Origin: Oscillospiraceae bacterium
GTDB lineage: Bacteria > Bacillota > Clostridia > Oscillospirales > CAG-272
Direction of reading: 5' to 3'
NCBI GenBank assembly: GCA_015063765.1
Contig: SVTN01000003.1
Span: 1 to 35,882 of the forward strand
DNA length: 35,882 nucleotides
In this document: positions 26,464 to 35,092 of the stretch, one piece after another
How the letters are laid out: the number at the start of each line of letters is the position of its first letter
How positions within the stretch are numbered: position 1 is the first letter of the stretch
Notes under the pieces: model-generated
Told to the model about the DNA's origin: nothing
Seen by the model: the letters and a program-made list of their open reading frames with translations, nothing else
Database searches by the model: none
Program-made: the position numbers and the translations under genes

Positions 26464-27663
26464 ATGAACATCTTAGTGACCGGTGCCGCAGGCTTCGTCG
26501 GCAAGAACCTTGCCGAGGCGCTCAAGTGTGTGCGCGACGGAAAGGATAAGACGCATCCCGCCATTGCCGTTGAGGACATTTATCTTTACGATATCGACTC
26601 TCCCGCGTCGCTTCTCGATGAGGCGTGCGAGAGATGCGACTTTGTGTTTCACCTCGCGGGCGTCAACCGCCCGAAGGACACGAAGGAGTTTATGGAGGGC
26701 AACTTCGGCTTTACCTCTACCCTGCTCGACACCTTAAAAAAGCATAAAAACACCTGCCCCGTGATGATCTCCTCCTCCATCCAAGCAACCTGCATCGGTC
26801 GCTACGACGGCGAATACGGCAGAAGCAAGAAGGCGGGTGAGGAGCTGCTCTTTGCCTATGGCGAAGAAACGGGGGCGAGGGTACTTGTATACCGCTTCCC
26901 CAACCTGTTCGGCAAGTGGTGCCGCCCCAACTACAACTCGGCGGTGGCGACCTTCTGCAATGCGTTTGCAAACGATCTTCCCTACACGGTGAACGACCCG
27001 TCCGTATGCCTTGAGCTTCTTTATATCGACGACCTGATCGACGAGATGCTCTTAGCGCTTGAGGGGCGTGAGCATCGCTGTGCATTTGACGGCACGGACA
27101 CCGTTTTGACAGAGGGCGGCAAATACTGCGCCGCTCCCATCACCCACCGCGTCACGCTTGGCGAGATCGTTTCCCTCCTTGAAAGCTTTAAGGCACAGCC
27201 CCAAACGCTCCTTATGCCCGAGATCCCGAAGAACAGCTTTGCAAAGAAGCTGTATTCCACCTATCTTTCCTATCTTCCGAAGGAAAAGGCGGCATTCCCC
27301 TTAAAGATGAACGTGGACGCGCGCGGCTCCTTTACCGAGCTTTTGCGCACCGAAAAGTGCGGACAGTTTTCTGTCAACATCTCGAACCCGGGCATCACCA
27401 AGGGACAGCACTGGCATCACACCAAATGGGAGTTTTTCATTGTTGTCAGCGGCAAGGGCTTGATCGAGCAACGCAAGGTGGGCACGGACGAGGTTCTAAG
27501 CTTTGAGGTTTCGGGCGAAAAGATCGAAGCCGTCCATATGCTTCCCGGCTACACCCATAACATCATCAATCTGTCCGATACAGAGCCCTTAGTCACCGTC
27601 ATGTGGGCAAACGAGCAATTCGACCCCCAAAAGCCCGATACTTTTTTTGAGGTAGTGAAATAA
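26464..27663 (+). CDS. fnlB: SDR-cupin bifunctional epimerase/reductase (FnlB/Cap5F/WbjC)
   Basis: ATG 26464; TGAAGFVG, HLAGVNRP, PN.FGKWCRPNYNS, D.RGSFTE, KGQHWHHTK, PGYTH. Confidence 0.92.
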   Translation: MNILVTGAAGFVGKNLAEALKCVRDGKDKTHPAIAVEDIYLYDIDSPASLLDEACERCDFVFHLAGVNRPKDTKEFMEGNFGFTSTLLDTLKKHKNTCPVMISSSIQATCIGRYDGEYGRSKKAGEELLFAYGEETGARVLVYRFPNLFGKWCRPNYNSAVATFCNAFANDLPYTVNDPSVCLELLYIDDLIDEMLLALEGREHRCAFDGTDTVLTEGGKYCAAPITHRVTLGEIVSLLESFKAQPQTLLMPEIPKNSFAKKLYSTYLSYLPKEKAAFPLKMNVDARGSFTELLRTEKCGQFSVNISNPGITKGQHWHHTKWEFFIVVSGKGLIEQRKVGTDEVLSFEVSGEKIEAVHMLPGYTHNIINLSDTEPLVTVMWANEQFDPQKPDTFFEVVK

Positions 27664-28847
27664 TGGACATGAAACTTGACTATTCTGACATTCATTTTAA
27701 AAACGACGGAAGGCTGAAGCTTCTCATCATCGTGGGCACACGCCCCGAGATCATCCGTCTTGCCGCCGTTATCAACAAATGCCGCAAGTACTTCGACTGC
27801 GTGCTTGCGCATACGGGACAGAACTACGACTATAACCTCAACGGCGTTTTCTTCAAGGATCTGAAGCTCGCCGATCCCGAGGTCTATATGGACGCGGTGG
27901 GCGACGACCTCGGTGCTACCGTCGGCAATATCATCAACTGCTCTTACAAGCTGATGAATCAGATCAAGCCCGACGCGCTCCTCATTCTCGGCGACACCAA
28001 CTCTTGCCTTTCGGCGATCGCCGCAAAGCGTCTGCATATTCCCATCTTCCATATGGAAGCGGGCAACCGCTGCAAGGACGAGTGCCTGCCGGAGGAAACC
28101 AACCGCCGCATCGTTGACATCATCTCCGACGTCAACCTCGCTTATTCCGAGCACGCGCGCCGTTATCTCCATGAGTGCGGACTGCCCAAGGAGCGCACCT
28201 ACGTGACGGGCTCTCCGATGGCAGAGGTGCTGCACGAAAATCTTGCCGAGATCGAAGCAAGCAACATTCACACACGCTTAGGACTCGAAAAGGGCAAATA
28301 CATTCTCCTTTCCGCACACAGAGAGGAAAACATCGACACCGAAAAGAACTTCACGAGCCTTTTCACCGCCATCAACAAGATGGCAGAAAAGTACGGTATG
28401 CCCATTCTCTACTCCTGCCATCCCCGTAGCCGCAACCGCCTTGCGAAGAGCGGCTTCAAACTTGATCCCCGTGTCATTCAGCACGAGCCTCTCGGCTTCC
28501 ATGACTACAACTGTTTACAAATGAACGCATTTGCGGTCGTTTCGGACAGCGGAACGCTGCCCGAGGAAAGCTCCTTCTTCACGAGCGTGGGACATCCCTT
28601 CCCTGCCGTTTGCATCCGCACCTCCACCGAGCGTCCCGAGGCGCTAGACAAGGCGTGCTTCATCCTCGCGGGTATTGACGAAAACAGCCTTTTGCAGGCT
28701 GTCGACACCGCCGTTTCGATGAATGCAGAGGGCGACCACGGCATCCCCGTGCCCAACTATGTGGAGGAAAACGTTTCGACCAAGGTCGTCAAGATCATTC
28801 AGTCCTACACGGGCGTGGTCAATAAGATGGTTTGGAGAAAGTTTTAA
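27663..28847 (+). CDS. fnlC: Non-hydrolysing UDP-HexNAc 2-epimerase (FnlC/Cap5G/WbjD)
   Basis: VGTRPEIIRL, HTGQNYDY, GDTNS, HMEAGNR, PEE.NR, DSGTL.EES, TERPE. Confidence 0.92.
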   Translation: MDMKLDYSDIHFKNDGRLKLLIIVGTRPEIIRLAAVINKCRKYFDCVLAHTGQNYDYNLNGVFFKDLKLADPEVYMDAVGDDLGATVGNIINCSYKLMNQIKPDALLILGDTNSCLSAIAAKRLHIPIFHMEAGNRCKDECLPEETNRRIVDIISDVNLAYSEHARRYLHECGLPKERTYVTGSPMAEVLHENLAEIEASNIHTRLGLEKGKYILLSAHREENIDTEKNFTSLFTAINKMAEKYGMPILYSCHPRSRNRLAKSGFKLDPRVIQHEPLGFHDYNCLQMNAFAVVSDSGTLPEESSFFTSVGHPFPAVCIRTSTERPEALDKACFILAGIDENSLLQAVDTAVSMNAEGDHGIPVPNYVEENVSTKVVKIIQSYTGVVNKMVWRKF

Positions 28848-28856
28848 GGAGATACC

Positions 28857-29765
28857 ATGCTGCTTGCAACCACCACCGAGGATTTTGCACCCTTTACCGA
28901 GAGCCACGAGGAGCGCATCCGCCTTCTTTATGAGGCAGGCTTCCGCTCCATCGACCTCTCGCTTTACGATGTGATCCCGGGCGATCCGCTCTTTTCGGAC
29001 AGCTTTCGGGAAGCGGCGGAAAGCCTTGCCGATTACGCCGACGGACTGGGAATGCGCTTTGTACAATGCCACGCGCCCGCCGTTAACTGCTTAAGGAGCG
29101 AGGAGGACTTTTCCCGTGCCCTGACGCTGACTGCGCGCGCCATTGAGATCTGCGGTATTTTAAGCATCCCTACGCTCGTCACCCACGTCGGGTTCCACCC
29201 GTCGTTAGACGAAGAGGGCTGGCGCGCAGGAAATCTGCGCTTTTATCGCGCCTTGATGCCCGCCGCGAAGGAAAATTCCGTCCGCGTGCTTGCGGAAAAC
29301 TCGGCACACGCGAACCTCAAAGGCTATTATCTCTATACGGGACGCGCCTGCCGCCGCTTTGCTGACGGAATGAATGACCCGAATTTCGGCATTTGCTGGG
29401 ACACGGGTCACGCCAACATGGAGGGCGCGCAATATGATGAGATCCTAGCCCTTGGCGATGCGCTCGGTGCCATCCATTTTCATGACAATCGCGGAGAAAA
29501 GGACGAGCATCTCATTCCCTTCTTAGGCACGATGAGCATTGACGAGGTCATGCACGCGCTCATCGACGTGGGCTTTAAAGGTCCCTTTACCTTTGAAGCG
29601 ACCTCCTCCCTGCGCCCTCCCTGCTATCGGATGGGTGACAGACGCCCCTATCCCGGGGACACACGTATGGAAAAGCCGACGCTTGCCATGCAAAAAGCGG
29701 CGGAACGCTTGCTTTTTATCACGGGCGAAGAGATCCTTTCCGCATACGGCATTTTGGAAAAATAA
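28857..29765 (+). CDS. Sugar phosphate isomerase/epimerase (xylose isomerase-like TIM barrel)
   Basis: EAGF..ID, HAP, LAEN, CWDTGH, IHFHDN.G..D.HL.P..G, GF.G..TFE. Confidence 0.85.
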   Translation: MLLATTTEDFAPFTESHEERIRLLYEAGFRSIDLSLYDVIPGDPLFSDSFREAAESLADYADGLGMRFVQCHAPAVNCLRSEEDFSRALTLTARAIEICGILSIPTLVTHVGFHPSLDEEGWRAGNLRFYRALMPAAKENSVRVLAENSAHANLKGYYLYTGRACRRFADGMNDPNFGICWDTGHANMEGAQYDEILALGDALGAIHFHDNRGEKDEHLIPFLGTMSIDEVMHALIDVGFKGPFTFEATSSLRPPCYRMGDRRPYPGDTRMEKPTLAMQKAAERLLFITGEEILSAYGILEK

Positions 29766-29858
29766 GAGTTTTGTGACTTTATCACGGTTTTTTTCTTGAA
29801 ATTTCCATATAATAAAAAAAGAAAAAACAAAAAACAAAAAATAAAAGGAGAAGTTCCC

Positions 29859-30539
29859 ATGAGAAAATTCAAATGTAAGGTTTGCAGAGCCATTTTTGAG
29901 GTCGAGGAGGGCAAGGAGCCCGTATGCCCCATCTGCGGTGTCAAGGGCGATAAGCTCGAGGAGATCGTAGAGGCTCCCGTAGAGGAAGCACGTCCCGCTC
30001 CCAAGACCAAGTATTCGGGCAGCAAGACCGAGAAGAACCTGGAAGCCGCCTTTGCGGGCGAGTCCCAGGCAAGAAACAAGTACACCTATTTCGCATCGGT
30101 TGCAAAGAAGCAGGGCTTCGAGCAGATTGCGGCACTCTTCCTCAAGACTGCCGACAACGAGAAGGAGCACGCAAAGATGTGGTTCAAGGAGCTTGCCGGC
30201 ATCGGCGACACCGCTGAGAACCTGCTCCATGCCGCCGAGGGCGAGAACTACGAGTGGACGGATATGTACGCAGAATTTGCGAAGACCGCTGACGAGGAGG
30301 GCTTCCACGAGCTGGCTGAAAAGTTCCGTCTGGTTGCCGCCATCGAAAAGCATCACGAGGAAAGATATCGCGCGCTCCTTAAGAACATTGAGCTTGCCGA
30401 GGTCTTTGCCAAGAGCGAGGTCAAGGTTTGGGAGTGCCGCAACTGCGGACACATCGTTGTCGGCACCGCCGCACCCGAGCTCTGCCCCACCTGCGCACAT
30501 TCGCAGAGCTACTTCGAAATTCACGCTGAAAATTATTAA
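29859..30539 (+). CDS. rbr: Rubrerythrin with an additional N-terminal rubredoxin-like domain
   Basis: ATG 29859 after aaggag; CKVC...CPIC; [24 protein letters not shown]; C-terminal WECRNCG...CPTCAH. Confidence 0.9.
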   Translation: MRKFKCKVCRAIFEVEEGKEPVCPICGVKGDKLEEIVEAPVEEARPAPKTKYSGSKTEKNLEAAFAGESQARNKYTYFASVAKKQGFEQIAALFLKTADNEKEHAKMWFKELAGIGDTAENLLHAAEGENYEWTDMYAEFAKTADEEGFHELAEKFRLVAAIEKHHEERYRALLKNIELAEVFAKSEVKVWECRNCGHIVVGTAAPELCPTCAHSQSYFEIHAENY

Positions 30540-30552
30540 AAAGGTTTGGGGC

Positions 30553-30587
30553 GTGGGGGATTTCCTTAAAATCCCCCACTCTTCTTT
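30553..30587 (+). terminator. Rho-independent terminator after rubrerythrin
   Basis: gtgggggattt / aaatcccccac followed by tcttcttt. Confidence 0.65.
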
Positions 30588-30596
30588 GATAAAATC

Positions 30597-31526
30597 ATGA
30601 AACTTATCTTTGATAGAACCGAAAAATACCAGCCCGATCCCTTCATCTTTGAGGATGAGGGCAAATTCTACATATACGTCACCAACAACGGTGAGCCGAA
30701 CGGCGTCGAAGCCTACAGCGCCGACAGTCTTCTCGGTCCTTATCGCTATGAGGGTGCCGTAACCGCCTTCAAGGATGCCACCGACTATTGGGCACCTGCC
30801 GTGATCAAAATTGACGGCGTCTATTATATGTACGTTTCCTGTGTCAAGGGCGACAAGTTCGAGCATATGCACGTAGCAAAGGCAGAAAGCCCTCTCGGTC
30901 CCTTCACGGATGAAAAGATGCTCTACGACCGCTTTTCGATCGACGCGCATATGGTAAAAACAGAAGCGGGACTCTTCCTCTTCTATGCGGAGAACAATAC
31001 GGATTGCGCAAATGGGCGCATCGGAACGCGCGTTTTTGTTGACCGCTTTCTCGACCCCTACACCCCCGCGAACGAACCGCGCGAGCTGATCACGCCCGAC
31101 TTTGACGAGGAGATCTTTACCCCCTCTTACCGCGAAGACAACCCCTGGCACACCGTTGAAGGTCCCTTCTATTTCCGTGAGGGCGAATATCAATATCTCA
31201 TGTACAGCGGCGGATGCTTCCAGGACGAAACCTACCACGTCGGCTACGCCGTCGCGAAAAGCGACGAGGAGGACTTGACAAAGGTTAATTTTGTCAAGCA
31301 CACAAATGGCGACCGCTTTGCACCCGTTCTCATTAAGAACGAATACGAAGAGGGTACAGGACACCACAGCGTCATCAAACACGAGGGAAAGTATTACGCC
31401 ATCTATCACGCAAGAGATTACATGTATCGCGAAAACGGTCTGATCGAGGCGCGGGATGCACGCATCTGCCGCCTGCACGTCGCGGACGGCATCATCACCG
31501 CCGAACGGTACAAGGACAAAATATAA
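30597..31526 (+). CDS. Glycoside hydrolase family 43 (no signal peptide)
   Basis: PDPF, YWAP, P.GPF, SIDAH, VEGP, YLMYSG, GTGHHS. Confidence 0.9.
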   Translation: MKLIFDRTEKYQPDPFIFEDEGKFYIYVTNNGEPNGVEAYSADSLLGPYRYEGAVTAFKDATDYWAPAVIKIDGVYYMYVSCVKGDKFEHMHVAKAESPLGPFTDEKMLYDRFSIDAHMVKTEAGLFLFYAENNTDCANGRIGTRVFVDRFLDPYTPANEPRELITPDFDEEIFTPSYREDNPWHTVEGPFYFREGEYQYLMYSGGCFQDETYHVGYAVAKSDEEDLTKVNFVKHTNGDRFAPVLIKNEYEEGTGHHSVIKHEGKYYAIYHARDYMYRENGLIEARDARICRLHVADGIITAERYKDKI

Positions 31527-31528
31527 AG

Positions 31529-31561
31529 AAAAAAGTCGATTTCCAAGGAAATCGACTTTTT
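31529..31561. terminator. Bidirectional terminator
   Basis: aaaaaagtcgatttcc-aa-ggaaatcgacttttt between convergent genes. Confidence 0.85.
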
Positions 31562-31573
31562 GTTTTTCTTGAT

Positions 31574-32944
31574 TTAAAGAAGCACGGGAGCTTCAGTCAA
31601 TTTGGTGTTCTCGTCCGAAACGACCACGTTCGACACCTTGATCTTGACAGGGCTGTTTCCGCCGAAGACGTAGGCGTGCCCCTTGCCCGAAATGACGTTC
31701 GAAACGTTGAGGTTTTCCGCCGTGCAGTTGTTAAAGTGGAAGGTGTTGATCGCATCGATCTTGACACGGTGGAACTTTTCCTCATAACCGATATCGTCCT
31801 CGCGCGCGACTGCTTCGCCATTGTACATGAACTTGTCAATGTAAACATTTCTTAGCGTACAACCGTTAAAATAGATACCAACACCCGCGCCGTCGGTCAG
31901 TTGAATGTTCTCAAACACGCTGTCCGCAAGCGTGTCGGCGATGTACATACCGAAGCGAGAATGGGTCAGAACGTCCCTGACGGTGATGTTTCTCGTTTCG
32001 CCCACCTTGCCGAGACGGAACTGATAGTCGCAAATGTCACCGATGCGGATGGCGGCAAGGGCACGTCCTCTCTGTCCGTGGGGCGTGATGTCCATCACGT
32101 TTGCGATCTGCACGTTATACACCTTAAAGCCGCCGCGGTTGAGAATGCGGATGATGTCGCACTCATCGGTCAAGTATCCGCGAATATTCTTGATGATAAT
32201 GTCGTGGATATCGGGGTCGCACGCGGCGAGCTCTTCTTCCGTAAGCTGTCCTCTCGGCGGACCGAAGTTGGTGAGGGCCACGGTATCGTCGCCCGTTCTG
32301 CCGAAAATGTTTTCAATCAAGAAGTTGTGGCATCCCGTGCGGATATCAATACCGTCCTGATTGGGGACATTGGCAGGCGCATCAAAGGTGATGTCAAAAA
32401 GATGTCCCTCGGCGCAGAACTCAAAGTTCATTGCCCAATACCGCTGATTGATAAAGCGAAGTCCCGAAACAGCAATACGCTCCACATTGCGGAAATTAAT
32501 GCCGCGATTGACCGAAATGTTTGCAATGCCGCGCGGATTGGCTCTGCCTACAAAGTTTCCGTTTTCGTCGTAGATGGTAAAATCCTTCTCAAAAATGCCG
32601 TTATGGTTTCCGCCGTCGAGAAGGACGTTGCCACGTCCTGCGAGGGTAATGTCGTACTGCCTTTCGTCGGCGCGCCAATACTTTCCATATGCAGCGTCGT
32701 TAGAGAAAAAGTGGATAAAGGTATCGTCGGCAAGACGGATATGGCAGTTGTCGAGCTGAACGTCGCTACCCGTATGCAGAATAATGCTTTGATCGATTTC
32801 CCAAAGGGGTTTTTCCGTTCTTTCGTTAAAGCGCGGGATAACGACCGAAACGGATGCCTCCGCCGCCGCGTCGACTGCCGCTTGAATCATTGCGGCATCA
32901 CTTGCGAGGTGCTTGAAGTCGTTAGGTGTGTAAACGCATTTCAT
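31574..32944 (-). CDS. Pectin-lyase-fold (beta-helix) protein, GH28-like
   Basis: ATG 32944 with aaggag SD; IQAAVD, LDG, PNQDGID, TGDD.VAL; no signal peptide. Confidence 0.75.
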   Translation of the reverse strand: MKCVYTPNDFKHLASDAAMIQAAVDAAAEASVSVVIPRFNERTEKPLWEIDQSIILHTGSDVQLDNCHIRLADDTFIHFFSNDAAYGKYWRADERQYDITLAGRGNVLLDGGNHNGIFEKDFTIYDENGNFVGRANPRGIANISVNRGINFRNVERIAVSGLRFINQRYWAMNFEFCAEGHLFDITFDAPANVPNQDGIDIRTGCHNFLIENIFGRTGDDTVALTNFGPPRGQLTEEELAACDPDIHDIIIKNIRGYLTDECDIIRILNRGGFKVYNVQIANVMDITPHGQRGRALAAIRIGDICDYQFRLGKVGETRNITVRDVLTHSRFGMYIADTLADSVFENIQLTDGAGVGIYFNGCTLRNVYIDKFMYNGEAVAREDDIGYEEKFHRVKIDAINTFHFNNCTAENLNVSNVISGKGHAYVFGGNSPVKIKVSNVVVSDENTKLTEAPVLL

Positions 32945-32995
32945 CACGTACTCCTTTAGAAAAGAACTTTTATTTTCAGCATAAACGTTTTCCTC

Positions 32996-33024
32996 ATTAT
33001 AGTGCAATTTTTCTCTTTTGTCAA
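32996..33024 (-). promoter_or_regulatory. sigmaA promoter for the GH28-like gene
   Basis: Minus strand TTGACA (33024-33019), 17 bp, TATAAT (33001-32996). Confidence 0.8.
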
Positions 33025-33216
33025 TAGAAATTCGCAGAATTGTGAAGAAAAAAACTTGAAAAATCGTCATTTTCTGCGCATCTTACATCGAACACCGTTC
33101 GTATTCGTTTTTCAAATGGTTGCCATAAGAAAAAAGGAAAAACAAAGCAGTTTGTTGCCAGAAGTCCCTGTTCTCAAAATTCTCCAAAACGGAGAATTTA
33201 CGAGAAAAACAGTCGC

Positions 33217-33245
33217 TTGACTATATCTACAGTTTCGTATATAAT
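33217..33245 (+). promoter_or_regulatory. sigmaA promoter for the XRE pair
   Basis: TTGACT 33217-33222, 17 bp, TATAAT 33240-33245. Confidence 0.75.
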
Positions 33246-33285
33246 GTAATCAGAACCCCAAAACGCCCTTCGAAAGGAACGCACT

Positions 33286-34146
33286 ATGCAAGAATATACC
33301 TTTGCACAAACGCTCAAAAGCTTAAGAAAAAAGAAAGGCGTGACCCAAAAGGACTTGGCTTTTTTCTTATCCGTTTCCAACAAAACGGTTTCCAAATGGG
33401 AAAAGGGTATCTCCTCGCCCGACCTTTCCTTGCTTCCCCCACTTGCCAAGTATTTTGGGGTCAGCACAGACACCCTGCTCGGCTTACAGCAGGAAACGCA
33501 AAAAAGCGTACGTGAAGCTCTTTTGAATGACTTTCACGGGCTTGAGCGCAAGGAAGCGATCCTTAAGGCGTTTGAGCTTGTAAGACATACCGTTCCCGCC
33601 GTCAATGACTTCATCTGCAAAGAGCTGAGGGACGAATGTACAGAAGCCGTTTTTCCGCAAACACGACCGAAGTTTTGCAGAACACGCATCGCGCGTCCCG
33701 ATTGTTTCTCCTTTACCGCCTCCCATACGGATGTCAACGTTTCCGTAACGCTTCTCGGCAACGAGTCGAATTTTTCTTGGCTCAAAGACGAGCAAGTGCA
33801 AAGCAAAATAGCAAAGCTTTTTTCGTTTTTATCCCAAAAGGATTCCTTGCGCTTGCTCTACTTTATCCATTCCAAGGCATGCTCAGAAAGCTTCACCGCG
33901 GACTATGTTGCGACACACACCGACCTTCCCCTGCAAAAAACACGGGATCTTCTCGATGCGCTTTGCGAGATCAGCACCTGCAAATGCACCTCCGCACACC
34001 TCACACAGGGAACGATCAAGGTCTACGAATGCCGTGGTGACGGCGTACTTCTTTCCATCATCACGCTTGCCTACGAGCAGATGTGCGGAAAAAACTACTA
34101 CGAGCAGAACTATAACTACAGTTGCAAAATGATAGGAGAAGCATAG
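33286..34146 (+). CDS. XRE-family HTH regulator with uncharacterised C-terminal region
   Basis: LKSLRKKKGVTQKDLA..LSVSNKTVSKWEKG.S.PD..LLP.LA.YFGVSTD.LLG. Confidence 0.88.
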   Translation: MQEYTFAQTLKSLRKKKGVTQKDLAFFLSVSNKTVSKWEKGISSPDLSLLPPLAKYFGVSTDTLLGLQQETQKSVREALLNDFHGLERKEAILKAFELVRHTVPAVNDFICKELRDECTEAVFPQTRPKFCRTRIARPDCFSFTASHTDVNVSVTLLGNESNFSWLKDEQVQSKIAKLFSFLSQKDSLRLLYFIHSKACSESFTADYVATHTDLPLQKTRDLLDALCEISTCKCTSAHLTQGTIKVYECRGDGVLLSIITLAYEQMCGKNYYEQNYNYSCKMIGEA

Positions 34147-34147
34147 C

Positions 34148-34999
34148 ATGACACCCTTATCGAAGACCATCAAAAGGCTTCGCTTGGAACGGGGCTTGAC
34201 GCAGGAAGAGCTTGCATCTCTGCTTGGTGTTTCGGGACAAGCTGTTTCCAAATGGGAAACAAACGACACCTACCCCGACGGCGCTTTGCTTCTTCCTCTT
34301 GCAGAGGTGCTTGGAGTTTCCCTCGACACGCTGTTTGACAACCGCGCCGTATCCATGACGGATGCTTCACAAAGAGTTATGCGCCTTTTTCAAAACACAC
34401 CGAAAGAGAACCGCATCTCCCTTGCAAGAGAGCTCTGCTGGCAGATCCAACGAGGACTGGTCCTTGGCGATGCCGAATCCCTGTCCGAGGATCTGCAGGA
34501 ACGCCCCCCAAAAAACCGTGCCTCCTTTTTTTTGGGTAATAACGGCTTTACCCTGATCTCGGACGGAAAAGAGCCCTTTTTCTCCGTTTTTGAAGAGCCG
34601 GAGGACGGCTTTGGGCATTTCTTAGAGGATAAAGAGGCACTCCGACAGCTTTTTCTCATTCTTTCGGAGGAAGACACGCTCCGCGCCCTCATATATTTAA
34701 TGGAGCAACCGCAGGGCTACGTCTTTGAGGGCGAGGTGCTGGGGCGCGCCTGCTCTATTGAAGACGGGCGTCTTGCAGACGTTTTGAACGGGCTTTCGCA
34801 GTTAAAAGCAATCAAGGAGCGCGCCTTGAGCATCAATGGAGAACCCCACTCCCTGTATTACGTCATCGCAAGTCATAATTTGCTTGCTTTGTTCCTCATC
34901 GCAAAGCAGCTGTTTTTCCACGGCTCTTATTTCTTGAAACAACACACGAGGACGCGTCCTCTCATTCGCTACCGCGAAGCACGCCAAAAAGAATCTTAA
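34148..34999 (+). CDS. XRE-family HTH regulator (paralog of the upstream gene)
   Basis: IKRLRLERGLTQEELA..LGVSGQAVSKWE..TYPD..LL.PLA.VLGVSLD.LF; similar length and layout. Confidence 0.88.
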   Translation: MTPLSKTIKRLRLERGLTQEELASLLGVSGQAVSKWETNDTYPDGALLLPLAEVLGVSLDTLFDNRAVSMTDASQRVMRLFQNTPKENRISLARELCWQIQRGLVLGDAESLSEDLQERPPKNRASFFLGNNGFTLISDGKEPFFSVFEEPEDGFGHFLEDKEALRQLFLILSEEDTLRALIYLMEQPQGYVFEGEVLGRACSIEDGRLADVLNGLSQLKAIKERALSINGEPHSLYYVIASHNLLALFLIAKQLFFHGSYFLKQHTRTRPLIRYREARQKES

Positions 35000-35025
35000 A
35001 AAACGATAAATCTTCTTGCCGTTTA

Positions 35026-35055
35026 TTGACAAGCCTTTGTGTTTTATGGTAAAAT
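35026..35055 (+). promoter_or_regulatory. sigmaA promoter for glnA
   Basis: TTGACA 35026-35031, 18 bp, TGgTAAAAT (-10 at 35050-35055). Confidence 0.65.
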
Positions 35056-35092
35056 AATCTTACTGAATAATATTTTTATGAAGGAGAGCCCC

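Noticed and set aside
29771-29787. Rex/CRP-type site TGTGA-N5-TCAC
   Set aside because: Spacing is one base short of the TGTGA-N6-TCACA geometry; kept only as an unassigned dyad
29523-31478. 651-aa - strand ORF spanning three genes
   Set aside because: Antisense to well-supported isomerase, rubrerythrin and GH43 genes; runs through a poly-T intergenic tract and has no domain signal
31901-32959. 352-aa + strand ORF
   Set aside because: Antisense to the GH28-like gene, which has its own promoter and SD
33089-33101. LexA (Cheo) box-like CGAAC-acc-GTTCG
   Set aside because: Spacer is 3 bp rather than the canonical 4, it does not overlap either promoter, and flanking genes are not SOS-like
33286-34999. 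Prophage repressor or toxin-antitoxin module
   Set aside because: No integrase, phage genes, HExxH peptidase or toxin motif nearby
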